Source: a virus. From it: a stretch of DNA of 45,333 bases. A model generated the notes under the pieces. It was not told the origin of the DNA, made no database searches, and saw nothing but the letters and a program-made list of their open reading frames with translations. The translations under genes and the position numbers were made by a program. Shown piece after piece: positions 16,181 through 30,656 of this stretch. How positions within the stretch are numbered: the stretch's first letter is position 1; every line of letters starts with the position of its first letter. The stretch lies in the UHGV virus genome UHGV-0213570; one strand, 5' to 3'.

Positions 16181-18106
16181 ATGCATCGCATTGACAAAAT
16201 GATTTCGGAGATTGACATTAACTTGCTGAAATCCAGCCTGGATACTGGCGATATCGATCCAAGACCATATCAGTGGTTGATATATAAGTTAACTGGTGAT
16301 GTGATCCGCCATTATGTTGGCCCGAGTTATGTAACAGCAAGCGTCGGTAGCGGAAAGTCACTGATGATTGCCATGATAGCAAAGCGCTTTCAGGAAATGG
16401 GCTATTCAGGGATGATTCTGTCAAGACAGGGCGAAATAGTTGAGCAAGATGCGGAAGAGCTATGGTCGCTTGGTGTTAGAAACTCGCTATTCAGTGCTTC
16501 GTTGGGTAGGAAAAGTTCTACGTACCCAATAATCTGTGGTTCTGAGGGTACTGTTGTAAATGCTTTGTTTGATAAGAAGGATGAGTCAGGGAATGTTATT
16601 GCAAAAGGTGCGCTTTCTGACTTTTGCCCAAGATTCCTGCTTATCGATGAAAATCATATGGTTAATGACATTGATGTTGTTAATGATGGCGATACGCAGT
16701 ATGCAGTGATAATTAATGAACTAATGAAAAGGTGCAAAGATAAGCACGGCCATGAGTTGAGAATAATAGGTTATACAGGCTCGCCGTTTCGCGGAACCAC
16801 ATCAATAAAAGGCGCTTTCTGGAAGAAAGAGATTATCAACATAGACACCAAGTACATGGTTGAAAATGGTTTTCTTGTGCCAACAATTTTTGGTCTTCAT
16901 GATGTTGATAGTCTGCATTATGACCTTTCAGATTTTCATGGTTCAGATGTTGATGGTACTCAGGACTTTACCGCCGAGCAGCTTAAGCAGATGCAAAAAG
17001 AAATCCTTGAGCAAGGTACGCTGACGCAGAAAATAATGCTCAAGGTTATGGAGCTGACAAAAAACAGAAATGGAGTGCTAATTACCTGCGCAGGCAAGAA
17101 GCACTGTCAGGAGGCGGCAAAATATTTGCCTGAAGGAAGTTATTCAATAGTTACAGAAGATATGGGGTCAAAAGCAAGAAGGAAGGCTCTAAAAGATGCA
17201 TACACCGGGCGCAAAAAATTCACATTCCAGATAGCCGCCCTTACCACTGGCGTAAATATACCGTTATGGGATACGAGTTGCATATTGCGAAAAATAATGT
17301 CGCTCACCCTTCTTGTTCAGCTTCTTGGTCGCGGAATGCGCTTGCTGAAGAAAGAGCAAATTGATGCCGGGTATCATAAAGAAGACCATCTGGTTCTGGA
17401 TTTTTCAGGCACGATGTTTGAGCTTGGTCAGCTGTATGAAGACCCCATTCTGGAAGAGGCCGAAGCACAACGCTCAAAACGCAGTGGTGAACAGGTTCCT
17501 TGTCCGAAGTGCGGAACGATGAACAGTCCATATGCGCGCCGCTGCATTGGCAAAGATGCACTATCTCCAGATGGTCGATGCGAGGAATTTTTCAGTTATA
17601 TCCGTTGCGGCTTCGATAAGCATGGAATTCGCATTTTTGATGATGGCTGTGGCACTAAAAACGACCCTACTGCTCGCTATTGCCGACATTGCGATCACGT
17701 TTTGCGCGACCCTAACTCGGCGCTTAATGAACGCGCCTATACGGATAACGAATGGACTGAAGTTAAAGATTTCAAGATTGAGCTTACGAAAGATGAAAAA
17801 GGTGTAGTTTATCGTTATTTCATCACGAAAGAGAATGGCAAAGATGGGTGGGCTAATGAGGTCTTTTATCCTTTTGGGAGACAAGAGAAGTATCTGAAAA
17901 ATCAGTTCAAGATTAAAGGTTTGTTGAATCATGTGTCAGACAGGAATCTGATTGATAACCTTATGAATTGCCATAGCGCAAAAGCATTTATGGCGTTTAC
18001 TGGCCTTATCCGAGCGCCTAAGCGCATCACGCATCGTTTTAACGATAAAGGCCGTGACATAATCCACAGAAAAGATTTTACAGGAGAGAATAGTGAAGCA
18101 GCTTGA
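16181..18106 (+). CDS. SF2 helicase (ResIII/DEAH type) with a C-terminal double zinc-ribbon
   Basis: RPYQ motif, Walker A SVGSGKSL, DExH box LLIDENH, helicase C-terminal motifs, then CPKCGTMNSPYARRC and CRHCDHVLRD. Confidence 0.75.
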   Translation: MHRIDKMISEIDINLLKSSLDTGDIDPRPYQWLIYKLTGDVIRHYVGPSYVTASVGSGKSLMIAMIAKRFQEMGYSGMILSRQGEIVEQDAEELWSLGVRNSLFSASLGRKSSTYPIICGSEGTVVNALFDKKDESGNVIAKGALSDFCPRFLLIDENHMVNDIDVVNDGDTQYAVIINELMKRCKDKHGHELRIIGYTGSPFRGTTSIKGAFWKKEIINIDTKYMVENGFLVPTIFGLHDVDSLHYDLSDFHGSDVDGTQDFTAEQLKQMQKEILEQGTLTQKIMLKVMELTKNRNGVLITCAGKKHCQEAAKYLPEGSYSIVTEDMGSKARRKALKDAYTGRKKFTFQIAALTTGVNIPLWDTSCILRKIMSLTLLVQLLGRGMRLLKKEQIDAGYHKEDHLVLDFSGTMFELGQLYEDPILEEAEAQRSKRSGEQVPCPKCGTMNSPYARRCIGKDALSPDGRCEEFFSYIRCGFDKHGIRIFDDGCGTKNDPTARYCRHCDHVLRDPNSALNERAYTDNEWTEVKDFKIELTKDEKGVVYRYFITKENGKDGWANEVFYPFGRQEKYLKNQFKIKGLLNHVSDRNLIDNLMNCHSAKAFMAFTGLIRAPKRITHRFNDKGRDIIHRKDFTGENSEAA

Positions 18107-18518
18107 TAGCGGTATATGGGTATTTGATAGCGGTTATCGTGGGGAGTGTCCGAAAGAGGAGACTGACCAGATGGGTTACGGAACATGGATGCAACACCGC
18201 TTCCATGATGTTCTGTGGTTTCATGTACCCAATGAAACTGGCACATCAAGCAGGGTGCAGTTTGTGCTAAAGCGCCAGAAGATGGGGGTTAAGACTGGAA
18301 TAGGCGACAATGTGATAATGACTCCTGGAGTGAAGCACAGTTGCGGAATGATTGAGGCGAAACGCCGCGATAAAAGCAAAAGCAGAGTGAGCAAGGATCA
18401 ATCGGCTGTGCTAACAGAGATGTGCAGGCTTGGTCATTATGCCGCCATCGCTTATGGACTTGATGAACTAAAAAAAGCCACGCTTTTCTATTTTGGCTTG
18501 CTTTCAGATGTAGATTGA
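18093..18518 (+). CDS. VRR-NUC domain nuclease
   Basis: 141-aa protein with TPGVKHSCGMIEAKRRD...QSAVLTEMCRLGHYAAIAYGLDE resembling the VRR-NUC PD...ExK core. Confidence 0.45.
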   Translation: MKQLDSGIWVFDSGYRGECPKEETDQMGYGTWMQHRFHDVLWFHVPNETGTSSRVQFVLKRQKMGVKTGIGDNVIMTPGVKHSCGMIEAKRRDKSKSRVSKDQSAVLTEMCRLGHYAAIAYGLDELKKATLFYFGLLSDVD

Positions 18519-18526
18519 TGTAGATT
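18498..18526 (+). promoter_or_regulatory. internal promoter TTGCTT-N17-TAGATT with tandem GATGTAGATTGATGTAGATT boxes, inside the 3-prime end of the VRR-NUC gene
   Basis: Spacing is exactly 17 nt. The element precedes RBS GAGGT and ATG 18556. Confidence 0.45.
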
Positions 18527-18555
18527 CATTTGCGTGATGATGAGTGAGGTTAAAA

Positions 18556-19512
18556 ATGAAAGTATATTTCAATAATGAACTCAGTAATGAGGATTACCAC
18601 GCCGACACAGAACATATTAATGGCTCTGGCCTGTGGAACATATATGACAAATGCCCAGCAGCATGGCGCTACAAAGACGAAGAAGATGAGCAATCAAAGG
18701 CTCTTATCTTCGGTACAGGAAGCCACACAGCATTGCTTGAACCTGAGCGTTTTTATGCGGAATATGCGCGAATGCCGGTTGTAGAAGATTTCCCAAAAGA
18801 CAAAGATGGAAAACCAACGGTGCTGGTAACTACTGCCGATATGAATTCATGGGCAAAAGAACGAGGCATAAAAGGACTTTCAGGGAAGTCGAAAGCTGAA
18901 GTGATCAAAATCATTCGCGCAACTGGCGAACCAGTGAAGATTTACGACGAAGAGCGTCTTGTTGCTGAAATTAACGCCAATGGTCGCATTCTGTTAGAAG
19001 GGAATGATTATGACGCCATTCAGCAAATGCGCGCTGTAATCCACGCAAACAGCTATTACAGCAGCCTTCTTGCTGGTGCTTATGCTGAAGTGTCAATTCT
19101 CGGTGAACTTAACGGAGAAAAAGCAAAGGTTCGCTTTGACTGCCTTACAAAAGGTGGTGACATCATTGACTACAAAACAGCAGTTAGCGCCAAGCCTGAA
19201 GAATTTTTTCGTCATGCTGCGCGCCTTGGATACTTTATGAAAATGGCGATGCAGCATGACATGTTTGTTGCGGCATATGGTCATGCGCCACGCTCTGTAA
19301 ATCTTCTCGTGCAGGAAAAGAAAGCGCCGTATATAGCTGTTCTGATCAGACTAACAGAAGAACAATTGCATATTGGTAGGATTCAGTTAAATGGCGCAAT
19401 GGCTATATATAAGGCATGCAAGGAAAATAATTCATGGAACGATTATTCTATGGGGAATCATGTTATTGAAATGCAAACCCCTGAGTGGTTTAAAAAGCAG
19501 TTTAATTTATAA
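18556..19512 (+). CDS. PD-(D/E)XK exonuclease (YqaJ/RecE-like), partner of the Erf annealase
   Basis: Motif pattern YHA...SGL, GTGSHTALLEPE and GGDIIDYKTAVSAKPEE (D..EXK). The gene lies directly upstream of erf. Confidence 0.6.
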   Translation: MKVYFNNELSNEDYHADTEHINGSGLWNIYDKCPAAWRYKDEEDEQSKALIFGTGSHTALLEPERFYAEYARMPVVEDFPKDKDGKPTVLVTTADMNSWAKERGIKGLSGKSKAEVIKIIRATGEPVKIYDEERLVAEINANGRILLEGNDYDAIQQMRAVIHANSYYSSLLAGAYAEVSILGELNGEKAKVRFDCLTKGGDIIDYKTAVSAKPEEFFRHAARLGYFMKMAMQHDMFVAAYGHAPRSVNLLVQEKKAPYIAVLIRLTEEQLHIGRIQLNGAMAIYKACKENNSWNDYSMGNHVIEMQTPEWFKKQFNL

Positions 19513-19529
19513 TTAATGAGGTGATGCAA

Positions 19530-20189
19530 ATGATTTTTTCGGAACAGAAAGCAAATCTGATCAAGGCTCTTGTTGAGGCTCGCAAGGTGATGAGTAGTGG
19601 CGCAAAGAAAAACGCCAAAAACCCACACCTGAAAAGCAATTACGCAAATCTTGAGTCATTCCTTGATGCAATACGTCCTGCGCTTGAGGCCAACGGCCTT
19701 ATAATCATCCAGAATGCCATTGATGGTGATTCAATGGATGTGCTTAAACTTGAAACAACTATAATGCATGAGTCTGGCGAGTACATGTCATCCGTGATGC
19801 CAATGCCAGTGGCTAAGAAGGATGCTCAGGGTTACGGTTCTGCAATGACATATGCACGCAGATATTCCATCGCGGCAATGTTTGGCATTGCGCAAGCTGA
19901 TGATGATGGTAATGCCGCTCGCAAATCACCAAAGGATGCTGTCGCACTGATTCGCAACGCAGCCAGCATGGAAGAGTTAACTACAATCTATGGAGAGGAA
20001 TACAAGTCGTTCCGTGGTGATGATGCAGCAACTCGCGTTATTGTTGGCGCTTATCAGGAGATGAAGGCTAAATTCATGGTATCAGGTGAATCATTTAACC
20101 CTGCAAAACTGGCTAAACCACAACCACAGCAGCCAGAACAGCAGGAAGAAAAAACCGAACATAAACCAACTCCAATTGAAGGATTTTAA
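19530..20189 (+). CDS. erf: Erf-family single-strand annealing protein
   Basis: Motifs SAMTYARRYSIAAMFGIAQADDDG (compare P22 Erf SSYARKYCLNGLFGIDD) and ESGEYMSSVMPMP. RBS GGTGA. Confidence 0.7.
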   Translation: MIFSEQKANLIKALVEARKVMSSGAKKNAKNPHLKSNYANLESFLDAIRPALEANGLIIIQNAIDGDSMDVLKLETTIMHESGEYMSSVMPMPVAKKDAQGYGSAMTYARRYSIAAMFGIAQADDDGNAARKSPKDAVALIRNAASMEELTTIYGEEYKSFRGDDAATRVIVGAYQEMKAKFMVSGESFNPAKLAKPQPQQPEQQEEKTEHKPTPIEGF

Positions 20190-20192
20190 TAA

Positions 20193-20696
20193 ATGGCTCG
20201 CGGCGTAAATAAAGTAATTGTTGTCGGCACTCTCGGAAACGACCCTGAAGTAAAATATTCATCATCAGGTTCTGCAATTGCAAATCTTTCTGTTGCAACA
20301 TCTGAGCAGTGGAAAGACAAGCAAACAGGAGAAAAGAAAGAACAGACTGAGTGGCATCGCGTAGTCATCTTCGGAAAACTTGCGGAAGTTGCAGGAGAAT
20401 ACCTTCGCAAAGGTTCTCAGGTTTATATCGAAGGGCAGCTGCGCACTCGTAAGTGGACTGAGAGCAACGGAGTAGACAAATACACCACTGAGATTGTCAT
20501 TCCGCAGATGGGTGGCGTTATGCAGATGCTTGGTGGTAGACGTGATGATTCTGGTCAGCAGCAACCACGACAGCAATCAGGCCAACAACCTCAAGGTGGA
20601 TGGGGAACAAATCAGCAACAAAAGCCACCAAAGCAACAAAGCCCACAAGGAGGAAGTGAGTCTCCGATGGACTTCGACGACGACATTCCATTCTGA
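20193..20696 (+). CDS. ssb: single-stranded DNA-binding protein
   Basis: N-terminal OB fold [22 protein letters not shown], a Q/G-rich linker and the acidic tail DFDDDIPF. Confidence 0.9.
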   Translation: MARGVNKVIVVGTLGNDPEVKYSSSGSAIANLSVATSEQWKDKQTGEKKEQTEWHRVVIFGKLAEVAGEYLRKGSQVYIEGQLRTRKWTESNGVDKYTTEIVIPQMGGVMQMLGGRRDDSGQQQPRQQSGQQPQGGWGTNQQQKPPKQQSPQGGSESPMDFDDDIPF

Positions 20697-20705
20697 TGAT
20701 AAAAC

Positions 20706-20734
20706 TAACCCCGCCGAAGCGGGGTTTTGTTGTT
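20706..20734. terminator. bidirectional terminator between ssb and the tailspike gene
   Basis: Hairpin AACCCCGCC-GAAG-CGGGGTT followed by TTTGTTGTT. Confidence 0.65.
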
Positions 20735-22718
20735 AACTATTTAAAATTATTTTAACAGAGCATGAAGTTGTTGATGGGTTAATAGGTGTCTGTGTGGTGT
20801 TTACACCAAACATGCGAATGGTCAACAGCTTAGCCGTCCTATCCGCGATAACCGGAAATGCTGGAGGGTTAAAGTTTAACGTACGGTCGGCGATAGCAGC
20901 ATCGACGGCCGCCTGTGTGACGTGAGTGTTAAACTGGACATAAATGTTGGTGGCATCAGCGGTTACACTCTGGATAAGCGAATGTGGGTCCGTTAGTGTG
21001 GGCACCCCAGAGTTTAGAACCACCTGCGCCGTTCGGGGAAAGTCTACGGTTAAGTCAGTAACGTTAGTTACGTTACGGAACATCGGCCGGCGCGTGCGGT
21101 TGCCTTTTACGGTGATATTTGAACAAGCCCCGTCAAACAAGATGAACGCTTGCACCCCAGTGCTGCCCAAATCTTCATTATTGGCGATAATGATATTATC
21201 TGCACCTGCCGGGACACGTATCGGGTAGCTGTTATCAGGTACTAATATACGGTTTCCAATGCATTGTCTGTTACGGCCAGAAAGATTTATGCCATAGACA
21301 ATACCAGTCGCCGTTTCTGTCTTGCGGGTAATAATGACGCTATTGTTGGACACTATACCGCCGTTTACGATATGGTCGCCTACCGTATCCCCTAATGTTA
21401 TTCCATAATGCGTAGATTGCCCATCGTAAATCCACGAAAAAATACTATTGTTAATTATGTCGCAATTTGTAATTGTTCCTGTGTCTAATATTCCTGATAT
21501 AGTGGTTCCGTCGAATATATTCGATGATATCAATGTGCGGACACTGTTTCTCACATTGATTGCCGCCCCTCTGAACTCGTCTGATTTATTACGCCAGTCA
21601 AAAATGTTATTTGATATTACAGTGTTAGTATTACCAGATCCTCCCTGCGTAGCCAGGTACACCGCATGTCTTCCATTGTCACCGTCTTTTGCTTTAAAAC
21701 TGCTGTTAACGATTTTCACGTCATTGCATGCTCCAAAAACAAATCCGTACCCACCTGCGTCAACTGTTTGGTGGTAGTACATGTCCGACATGTTGATACC
21801 GTCAAATAGAACTTTCTCGCACGCTATCATACTAAATGCGCCAGTATATGAATCAAGTGAACAATTACGAACCGTTATATTAGAAGAGTTGCGGAAATCA
21901 TACGCGTATGCAAAAGGCGTGGCAGAGCCAACATCCCCTGACGACGTTACTCCATCAATTAAGACGTTTGTTTTTGAGCGCACTGTAGCCACGCCAGTCA
22001 ACCCGGTATTGTTTACATCTCCACCGATTAATTTGGTTTTATTTCCGAGGGTGAAAATGAAATCGGTAGATGCGCCGGTCCCCGTGCCAACGAGAGTTGA
22101 TGTTATTACCCCGTCGTTCTGGATAACAACATTATCAGGGATTGTAACCTGTGAGGATGGTGAGTTATCTCCATATATCCATGTGCGTTTGCCGTCTAAA
22201 TTAGAGGAATTTACACTTTCTGTAATACGTTCCGCATCCGTGCCAGTGAACTCGCCTGGGGTGTGAGGTAAGAAATTGCTTAATACGTCGTTACCGTTAC
22301 CAACCATCGAGGCGCCGTTACTTCCTTTCAATTCAGTTCTCAATGAAGCATCACCAACACTAACCCACGCGCCAAGACCAATACCACCAGATGTTTCAGG
22401 CGTTGAACCAGCAGACACTGTTTTTGGCAATTCACCATCAAATCGATAATATTCGCCAGTAGCCTCATAGCGCAGCACCTGATTAGGTAGCGTTAGTGTC
22501 GCTCCATCTTCAAAACTGTCCATTGTGATGTAGCCATAATTACGGATAGCCTCTTCTGCGGTGTACTGAAAGCCAGCAATCGTCCAGCGGCGCACGCCGA
22601 AGCGGTCGGTATAGTAATGCGCGTCAGATGTCACTACCTCGTCAATCTTACCGGCATTAAACTTAAGGTCTCGTGGGTCTTCTGACGGAATTGGTTTATT
22701 AGTTGGTGTGGTAGCCAT
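20733..22718 (-). CDS. tailspike / tail fibre with a right-handed beta-helix (pectate-lyase-like) depolymerase domain
   Basis: 661-aa protein with a conserved N-terminal adaptor segment (DPRDLKFNAGKIDEVV), then a long region of G/N/T/V-rich repeats (NxxGxxxV rungs), which is typical of beta-helix tailspikes. Confidence 0.6.
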   Translation of the reverse strand: MATTPTNKPIPSEDPRDLKFNAGKIDEVVTSDAHYYTDRFGVRRWTIAGFQYTAEEAIRNYGYITMDSFEDGATLTLPNQVLRYEATGEYYRFDGELPKTVSAGSTPETSGGIGLGAWVSVGDASLRTELKGSNGASMVGNGNDVLSNFLPHTPGEFTGTDAERITESVNSSNLDGKRTWIYGDNSPSSQVTIPDNVVIQNDGVITSTLVGTGTGASTDFIFTLGNKTKLIGGDVNNTGLTGVATVRSKTNVLIDGVTSSGDVGSATPFAYAYDFRNSSNITVRNCSLDSYTGAFSMIACEKVLFDGINMSDMYYHQTVDAGGYGFVFGACNDVKIVNSSFKAKDGDNGRHAVYLATQGGSGNTNTVISNNIFDWRNKSDEFRGAAINVRNSVRTLISSNIFDGTTISGILDTGTITNCDIINNSIFSWIYDGQSTHYGITLGDTVGDHIVNGGIVSNNSVIITRKTETATGIVYGINLSGRNRQCIGNRILVPDNSYPIRVPAGADNIIIANNEDLGSTGVQAFILFDGACSNITVKGNRTRRPMFRNVTNVTDLTVDFPRTAQVVLNSGVPTLTDPHSLIQSVTADATNIYVQFNTHVTQAAVDAAIADRTLNFNPPAFPVIADRTAKLLTIRMFGVNTTQTPINPSTTSCSVKIILNS

Positions 22719-22757
22719 TATAATAAATGCTCCTTTGTGAATTTGATGTATATTGTA

Positions 22758-26558
<3,801 letters not shown>

Positions 26559-26559
<1 letters not shown>

Positions 26560-28901
26560 TATTCGGTTGCTCTCCTGTTGGTGTTGTAGTTTCTTGAGAT
26601 GGCTTGCCCTATTGGGCCATTTTCCGAAATATCACTCACAATCGTCTCAATTGTCACGCTGCCATCACCATTATCTCTGGCGCTGCTGCTGACCTGCGCT
26701 GAGCTGTTATTGATGATGCTATTATAAACCACAACGCCACTGCCACCGCCCGTCAGGTCTTTGTTGCTGATTACGCGCCCGCTGTCGCCAGGTATCATGT
26801 ACTGATGACCGTTTGATGCATGGAATATCTCAGGGAGGTTATTCTCTCCCACTCGGTACATTGAACCTTCCTGCGCTGGACCGCCGTTTTTCAGCGCTCC
26901 AGCAATGGATAGTGTTTTTGCAAGACCAACTGTTGCTGACATCCCAGCCATTGCTGGTGCTGAGTTTGTCCCAGCCGTTGCCAGTGAGGTCATGGCTGCT
27001 GCTGGAGCCATTGCTGCTGATATTGCTGCAGCTTGAGCAATTGTTGCAGCAGAAGCCGCTGCCATGCCAGCTTGACCCATTATCACCGACTGCGCCCACT
27101 GGATACCCATTTGCACAAACGCATTGATAACACTGGACAGGATGTTTGAACCAATTGAGCGAAGCGCATCTGATACAGACATTGAGCTAGTGAGGAGGCC
27201 AGTTAACGCGTTTCCAGCAGTCTGCCCGAAAGCATCAAAAGCTGCTGCGGCTGCTTGTGTGGCTGCGTTCTGCTGACTCCACTCCTGCCACATGGCATCA
27301 AGTCGTTTCTGTCTGTATTGTTCTTCAATGGTGGCTCTGGTTTGCTGTATCTCTGCCATCTTTTGCGGATACGCTTTGGCATACGCATCCAAATCAGCCA
27401 TATCCTTCTGATAGGATGTTTCAACAGCAAACATTGGTGAGGTTTGTGATTTTAGTGCACTGTACCCTTTTACAGCATCTATTCTTTCCTTCTCAGCCGC
27501 TGCCTGTTCCTTCAGTGCATTCTTCTGGTCCCAAATCTTAGCAGCGTACTCGCCAGCCAGTTTTATTTGCTCCTGAGTTGCCGCCTTGCCAAGCGACTGC
27601 TGAGCATTGAGAATGGCTTGCTCGCGGGATAATTCGCTGGTCGATGTAGCATTAAGCATGGTCTGCTGGCGTAACTTCTCCAGCTTTTCGGCGACAGATT
27701 CTGCCTGACGTTCCTCGGCGCTTTTGCCCTTTCCTTTGCCTTTTTTGTCTTTAGTTGGTGCTTGTGCAATTTTCAGGTGTTTTGTTGCTTCGGCCTGTTT
27801 CTTTGTCTGCTCGTAACCTTCAGCAGATGCCTTAACGAATCGCTCAACTTGATCGTTGTATTGTTTTTGCTTCTCAATGTCGTCATCACCGAAAAGCGCA
27901 TCCACCCCCATCTGCGCCCATGCGCCGGGGTTTAATTTCGAAATTACGGTTGCAAGAGAGAGGATCTTATCGCTTGTGCTGGTTGATTTGTCTCCGAGGA
28001 AATCAATGTATTTTGCAAGCTGGTCGATGATCTCTACTGCTGTTTTTGATGCGCCAGTCGCATCGTTAACTGCCACTACAAGTTTGGAGAATGAAACTTC
28101 AAGAGAGCCAACAGCCTGATCCATTGTGCGAGGAAGTTTTTCAAACTCAGCATTGACGACGCTTGTTCTGTCCTGAATGGCATTCAACGCATCTTCTGCT
28201 GTCAGCTTTCCGTCAAGCATTCTGGCGCGAAGTTCACCCATTGAAATGCCAAGCCCAGCTGCAATCTGGCGCGCAAGTTCAGGCATCTGTTCAAGGATGG
28301 AGTTGAACTCTTCTGCGCGGATTGTGCCAGATGCGATTGACTGGCCGAACTGGCGCAGTGCGTTAGCCATTTCCTCAGTTGATGACCCGCCTATTCGACC
28401 TATCTTTTGCAGGGTATCGGTAAGGTTCAGAACCTGCGCATTTGTCGCTCCAGCCTCTTTCAGTGATGACGTCAATGTCTCCCACAGCTTCGTAGTGTCA
28501 CTGAGGCTTGCGCCAGTGGTAGAGGCGATATTTGCCAGTGAACTGAATGTTTCGTTCGCGGTTTTTGCATCAGTTGATAAGCGAGCAATCCTTGCCTGAA
28601 GCTGCGTCATGTTATCGGCAACCTCAAGGAATCGCTTTCCCCATTCGATAATCAGTGACACGGATATTGCGCCAGCCAGCATAGACATGCTGGTTTTTAG
28701 CCCTGAAGCTGCGCCGCCAGCATTCTTCATTCCGCTACCAGCATTTCTGGCATTTTTATCCAGTCTGCCAAGCGCACTTGTGGTTTTGTTGGTTGATGAT
28801 TCAAGGTCATCTAAAGTCTTGTTGGCTGTTGTCGCGCCAGCTTTCAGGCCTTTAACATCCATACCGACTTCATAGACAATTCCGCCGACTTCTTCAGCCA
28901 T
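26559..28901 (-). CDS. tail tape measure protein
   Basis: 780-aa A/Q/K-rich protein with extended predicted coiled coil and a Gly/Ala/Met-rich hydrophobic region near the C-terminus (AAMAPAAAMTSLATAGT). Confidence 0.8.
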
Positions 28902-29617
28902 TATGTATTCCTCGCTTTTTTCGCTTTGCGTTCAGCCAGTGCCTTCATGCGCTCACGGTCTGCTTTAGCCTGATCGTACTCTGCCGCTCGTTCTTCTTTC
29001 GTTAATCCTTTCGGCTCTGGATATTTATTCTTAATCATCATCTGAAACTCTGTCATGGACAGGTTTTCTGCCTCCTCTCGCGTCATGTCGAAGTGCGTGC
29101 GTGCCGAGATGATGTATTGCGACGCATGAAACTCGTTTGTGGTTTTCTTGCCTTGCTCTTCCAGACGTTCAGGAACTTTTAGTGGAGACTTGCCAATGAT
29201 GCCATGCTGCATCAGGTTACGCGCAATAATAATAATATCGCTCACTGGCATGATGCCGGGAACGTATCGCACGCCGCGCGGAGTTGGCTTCCATCCACCG
29301 ATCAGCACAGAAACATCATCTTCACAGCATGACTGCATGACAATATATGCCGCGCTCAGTACATGGCGACCATAAACAGGTTTGCTTATGGTTTTCATGA
29401 CCTGCATCTGCGCGCCAAATGGCAGGCATTCGACGTGCTGCAACGGCGCAACATAATCAATGCCATTGAGCTTGGCGTATACCTCGACGATTTCTTTTGG
29501 TGTGCCGATTTCATTCATGGCGCGAAATGATGGCTTAAAGAAAAAACTCCTGTCGGACAGAGAGATGCGCATCTCCCCGATTTCTGTTAGTGGCGTGCGA
29601 TTGCTCATGTTTTGCAT
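28901..29617 (-). CDS. putative tail assembly chaperone (by position upstream of the TMP)
   Basis: 238-aa protein with an acidic N-terminal part and a K/E/R-rich tail. The role is inferred from gene order only. Confidence 0.35.
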   Translation of the reverse strand: MQNMSNRTPLTEIGEMRISLSDRSFFFKPSFRAMNEIGTPKEIVEVYAKLNGIDYVAPLQHVECLPFGAQMQVMKTISKPVYGRHVLSAAYIVMQSCCEDDVSVLIGGWKPTPRGVRYVPGIMPVSDIIIIARNLMQHGIIGKSPLKVPERLEEQGKKTTNEFHASQYIISARTHFDMTREEAENLSMTEFQMMIKNKYPEPKGLTKEERAAEYDQAKADRERMKALAERKAKKARNT

Positions 29618-29657
29618 CCTGAATTTGACTGATGTTGATTATATCATCTCAGTGGTG

Positions 29658-29686
29658 TTGACACCTGCGAGGTGGTGATGTAGATT
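29658..29686 (+). promoter_or_regulatory. consensus-like promoter TTGACA-N17-TAGATT, paralogous to the module at 31437..31478
   Basis: Sequence reads GTTGATTATATCAtctcagtgGTGTTGACAcctgcgaggtggtGATGTAGATTC. Confidence 0.6.
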
Positions 29687-29721
29687 CAAATCATCGAAAC
29701 GAGATATGAATGAGGTGAGTT

Positions 29722-29916
29722 ATGGATGTTGCTATTTTGTTGCTTTTTGCTGGATTGGTTATATATGTTTATCTTCTTCCATCATTTGTGGCATTGCAAA
29801 GAAAGCACACAAATACGACCGCAATCTGTGTATTGAATATTCTTGTCGGATGGAGCTTTATTGGATGGGTTGCAGCACTTGTTTGGGCATTAGTTAACAG
29901 TGGCGACAAGAAATGA
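29722..29916 (+). CDS. superinfection immunity protein (Imm_superinfect-type small membrane protein)
   Basis: 64-aa protein with two TM segments. The second carries the family signature NILVGWSFIGWVAALVWAL. Confidence 0.6.
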   Translation: MDVAILLLFAGLVIYVYLLPSFVALQRKHTNTTAICVLNILVGWSFIGWVAALVWALVNSGDKK

Positions 29917-30056
29917 ACGAGCAAACAAAAGCAGACCTGATTTTCTACACTGAACTTTATGTTGATGCAGGTTATGACTATGAAGAAGCAGAACGCATGG
30001 CGAAAGACTTGCTTCGTGTTATTGGTGTGATTTTTGATGAGGATAAGGTGATATGA
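29913..30056 (+). CDS. hypothetical 47-aa acidic protein
   Basis: Coupled ORF (MNEQTKADLIFYTELYVDAGYDYEEAERMAKDLLRVIG...). Confidence 0.35.
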   Translation: MNEQTKADLIFYTELYVDAGYDYEEAERMAKDLLRVIGVIFDEDKVI

Positions 30057-30454
30057 AAAATTATGAAGACATGAGTGATTTTGAGATTAACTGCCAAGTG
30101 GCGCATATGTTAGGTTTGAGTGAACACCTGTTCTTTCCATCTGGCGTTGACGACTTTGATAGCGATACTGATGAGCAAGATATGGGTCCAGTTTGGCAAA
30201 CAAGCATGATTTGGGTTAAAGGGTTTAGAGCATCAAATGGCAACCTATTTAATCCTTGCAATAATCCAGAAGATGCTGAGCCTATTATTATTGAAAACAG
30301 AATTGGCACTATTCCAGCACCAGATGATGGATTGTGGAAAGCTGCGCACAGAAAGGTTGGTAATGATGATACGCCATACCATTTTACTCAAGACAAAAAC
30401 CCACTCCGCGCCGCCATGATCGTCTTCCTGAAAATGAATGAGGATAAATTATGA
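30053..30454 (+). CDS. conserved phage protein (DUF2591-like), 133 aa
   Basis: ORF whose start overlaps the previous stop. Confidence 0.4.
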   Translation: MKNYEDMSDFEINCQVAHMLGLSEHLFFPSGVDDFDSDTDEQDMGPVWQTSMIWVKGFRASNGNLFNPCNNPEDAEPIIIENRIGTIPAPDDGLWKAAHRKVGNDDTPYHFTQDKNPLRAAMIVFLKMNEDKL

Positions 30455-30651
30455 TCCAGTGGATTAAGTGTAGTGAGCGGATGCCGGAAGATGGGGAAAT
30501 GGTTCTCACAGCATTTCATGGTTGCGTAAGAACAGCAGTTTGTAAAACAGTAGACATTTACGGTAGCAAAATATTTGTCAGCGAACTAAATCGTAGCTAT
30601 GGCATACCTGCGACGCATTGGGCTAAATCACCAGAACCACCACAAGAATAA
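30451..30651 (+). CDS. DUF551 domain protein
   Basis: Sequence reads MIQWIKCSERMPEDGEMVL...THWAKSPEPPQE, matching the DUF551 start and C-terminal PEPP signatures. Confidence 0.55.
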   Translation: MIQWIKCSERMPEDGEMVLTAFHGCVRTAVCKTVDIYGSKIFVSELNRSYGIPATHWAKSPEPPQE

Positions 30652-30656
30652 AACAA

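Noticed and set aside
28177-28875. Plus-strand ORFs of 140 aa and 88 aa
   Set aside because: They lie antisense inside the tape measure gene and have low-complexity Ala/Ser-rich translations typical of the reverse frame of A/Q-rich TMPs.
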